A stretch of 63,941 nucleotides of DNA, counting the filler, from Hyphochytrium catenoides (taxonomy: Eukaryota; Protista; Hyphochytriomycota), in assembly GCA_900088475.1 (NCBI GenBank). It is 8 parts of 8 records of this genome, joined end to end, with 100 filler letters (N's around TTAATTAATTAA, not from the genome) between each part and the next. Parts side by side here need not be neighbours in the genome. Positions count along the whole stretch, not along the records: positions 62,912 to 63,941 come from FLMG01004475.1; 7 more parts are not named here. The stretch is one strand, 5' to 3'. The position numbers and the translations under genes were made by a program. The notes below the pieces were generated by a model. That model searched no databases, was not told where the DNA came from, and worked only from the letters and a program-made list of their open reading frames with translations. Shown in pieces: positions 62,929 through 63,941 of this stretch. Positions within the stretch are counted from its first letter, which is position 1. The number at the start of each line of letters is the position of its first letter.

Positions 62929-63284
62929 TGGGCCCATAACCTGATGAACTTTACAGAGCTGGGTGGCAATGCCTGAAGCGTCTGTATGAGCACAATCTAG
63001 ATGCAATGATAACAAAGGGACTTGGTATTGATGTGTAATGGAGATTTCTCTGAAAATGATGACTGCGTCCTGAGAGCCTGGTCTGGACTCGAGATCTTTT
63101 TGTTGGGCCCAGCTTCCCTCATCATCTCTCTCTCCTCTGCTGCTCCTGTGTTCTTCTGGAACTTCTTCTCACATCCCTCTTTCCCATAACACAGGTGTAC
63201 CCGTAACGTCTATGTCCCTGAGAGCTAGGTGTGTATAGAGAGTGACTACTGTACTACTGACAACGAACATAGTAGCACTCAACA
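62929..63284 (-). mobile_element. Copia family A 5' LTR (62942-63284) with primer-binding site
   Basis: Homologous to 44439-44765. On the minus strand the LTR runs TGTTGAG...TTCATCA and is followed by GGTTATGGGCCCA, the copia-type PBS complementary to an internal part of tRNA-iMet. Confidence 0.9.
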
Positions 63285-63443
63285 TAGTCAGAATAGCTCT
63301 AGTTTATGGGACCCCAGTTGGGCTTATAAGTAGAGCACTCTCATCTAATGACATTGTCCAACAGGTGACGCTGAAAGGTACATCAGAGCCTTCAACTGTT
63401 TGCTGTCCATGGAAGGGCCCCAGGGTCAGGATGTTGTTCTATC

Positions 63444-63767
63444 TGTTGGATTTGTATGGGATGATTGGACAATGTCATTAGATGAGAGTGCTCTACTTAT
63501 AACCCCAACTGGGGCCCCATAAACTAGAGCTATTCTGACTATGCCAACTATTCCTAATATAGTCTAAGATATGGAGTTATAGAGATATCCCTGTCTAGAA
63601 TAGTCAGTCCTGGAGGTATCCTGGGGTACTGATCATAAGCCATAGATATAAACAGGGACATTTCCTTCACTTCATATCTCGGCTTCTACTGGGAGTTTAG
63701 AGCTGAAACTTTGGTAGTTAAGCTTGCCAGCTTGTAGGCCACATAGCTGTGCCCTCAGACTCCAACA
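63444..63767 (+). mobile_element. Solo LTR, family C
   Basis: Termini TGTTGGA...TCCAACA with 5-bp TSD CTATC on both sides. An inverted partial copy lies at 63285-63362. Confidence 0.92.
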
Positions 63768-63839
63768 CTATCAGTCGATGTTGCTGAATGTTTTTAGCGC
63801 GCCATTCAATCGCTATGGTTGTCGAGACCTTGACGAGGC

Positions 63840-63941
63840 TGTTGAACTGTGATCGACGCTGAAACCAAAAAGTGTACAGCGGACGACGCAGAGGGGTAAA
63901 AACCTGGTATATAAACAAAACCGAGATTAGTTAAAGTGTAC
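63840..63941 (+). mobile_element. Start of LTR family B (cut by window end)
   Basis: TGTTGAACTGTGAT..GTGTACAGCGGACGACGCAGAGGGGT is shared with the sequence from 47349 onward. Confidence 0.75.

Overview
Eukaryotic nuclear DNA, probably from a flagellated protist (stramenopile-like gene content, which is an inference). The window is not one contiguous locus. It consists of 8 contigs joined by an artificial 100-bp spacer (44 N + TTAATTAATTAA + 44 N): 1-20438, 20539-34281, 34382-48333, 48434-50135, 50236-56976, 57077-60600, 60701-62811 and 62912-63941. Intron-containing genes that can be reconstructed by hand are a mitochondrial carrier, a class IV aminotransferase, a Clu-domain protein, PI4-kinase with a PH domain, RMI2, a SMYD-type SET-MYND protein, CCDC103, a myristoylated EF-hand-like fragment, a USP deubiquitinase, a DEK-C/2xSWIB protein, a MYST acetyltransferase and an ABHD17-like hydrolase. 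A PDZ protein and a multi-pass membrane protein appear as single ORFs. Mobile DNA includes: an internally deleted chromovirus with a perfect target-site duplication (TSD); a mini-Copia with a TSD whose 5' LTR carries a ~1 kb insert containing a CTP synthase exon; nests of three LTR families; an intron-containing Crypton-like tyrosine recombinase; and an intronless gene encoding four Cys/His zinc fingers plus a Ulp1 protease, embedded between copies of a higher-order repeat. The last is the best candidate for an undescribed system. Most long ORFs in the supplied track for contigs 1 and 5 are (CT)n/(GA)n microsatellite artefacts.
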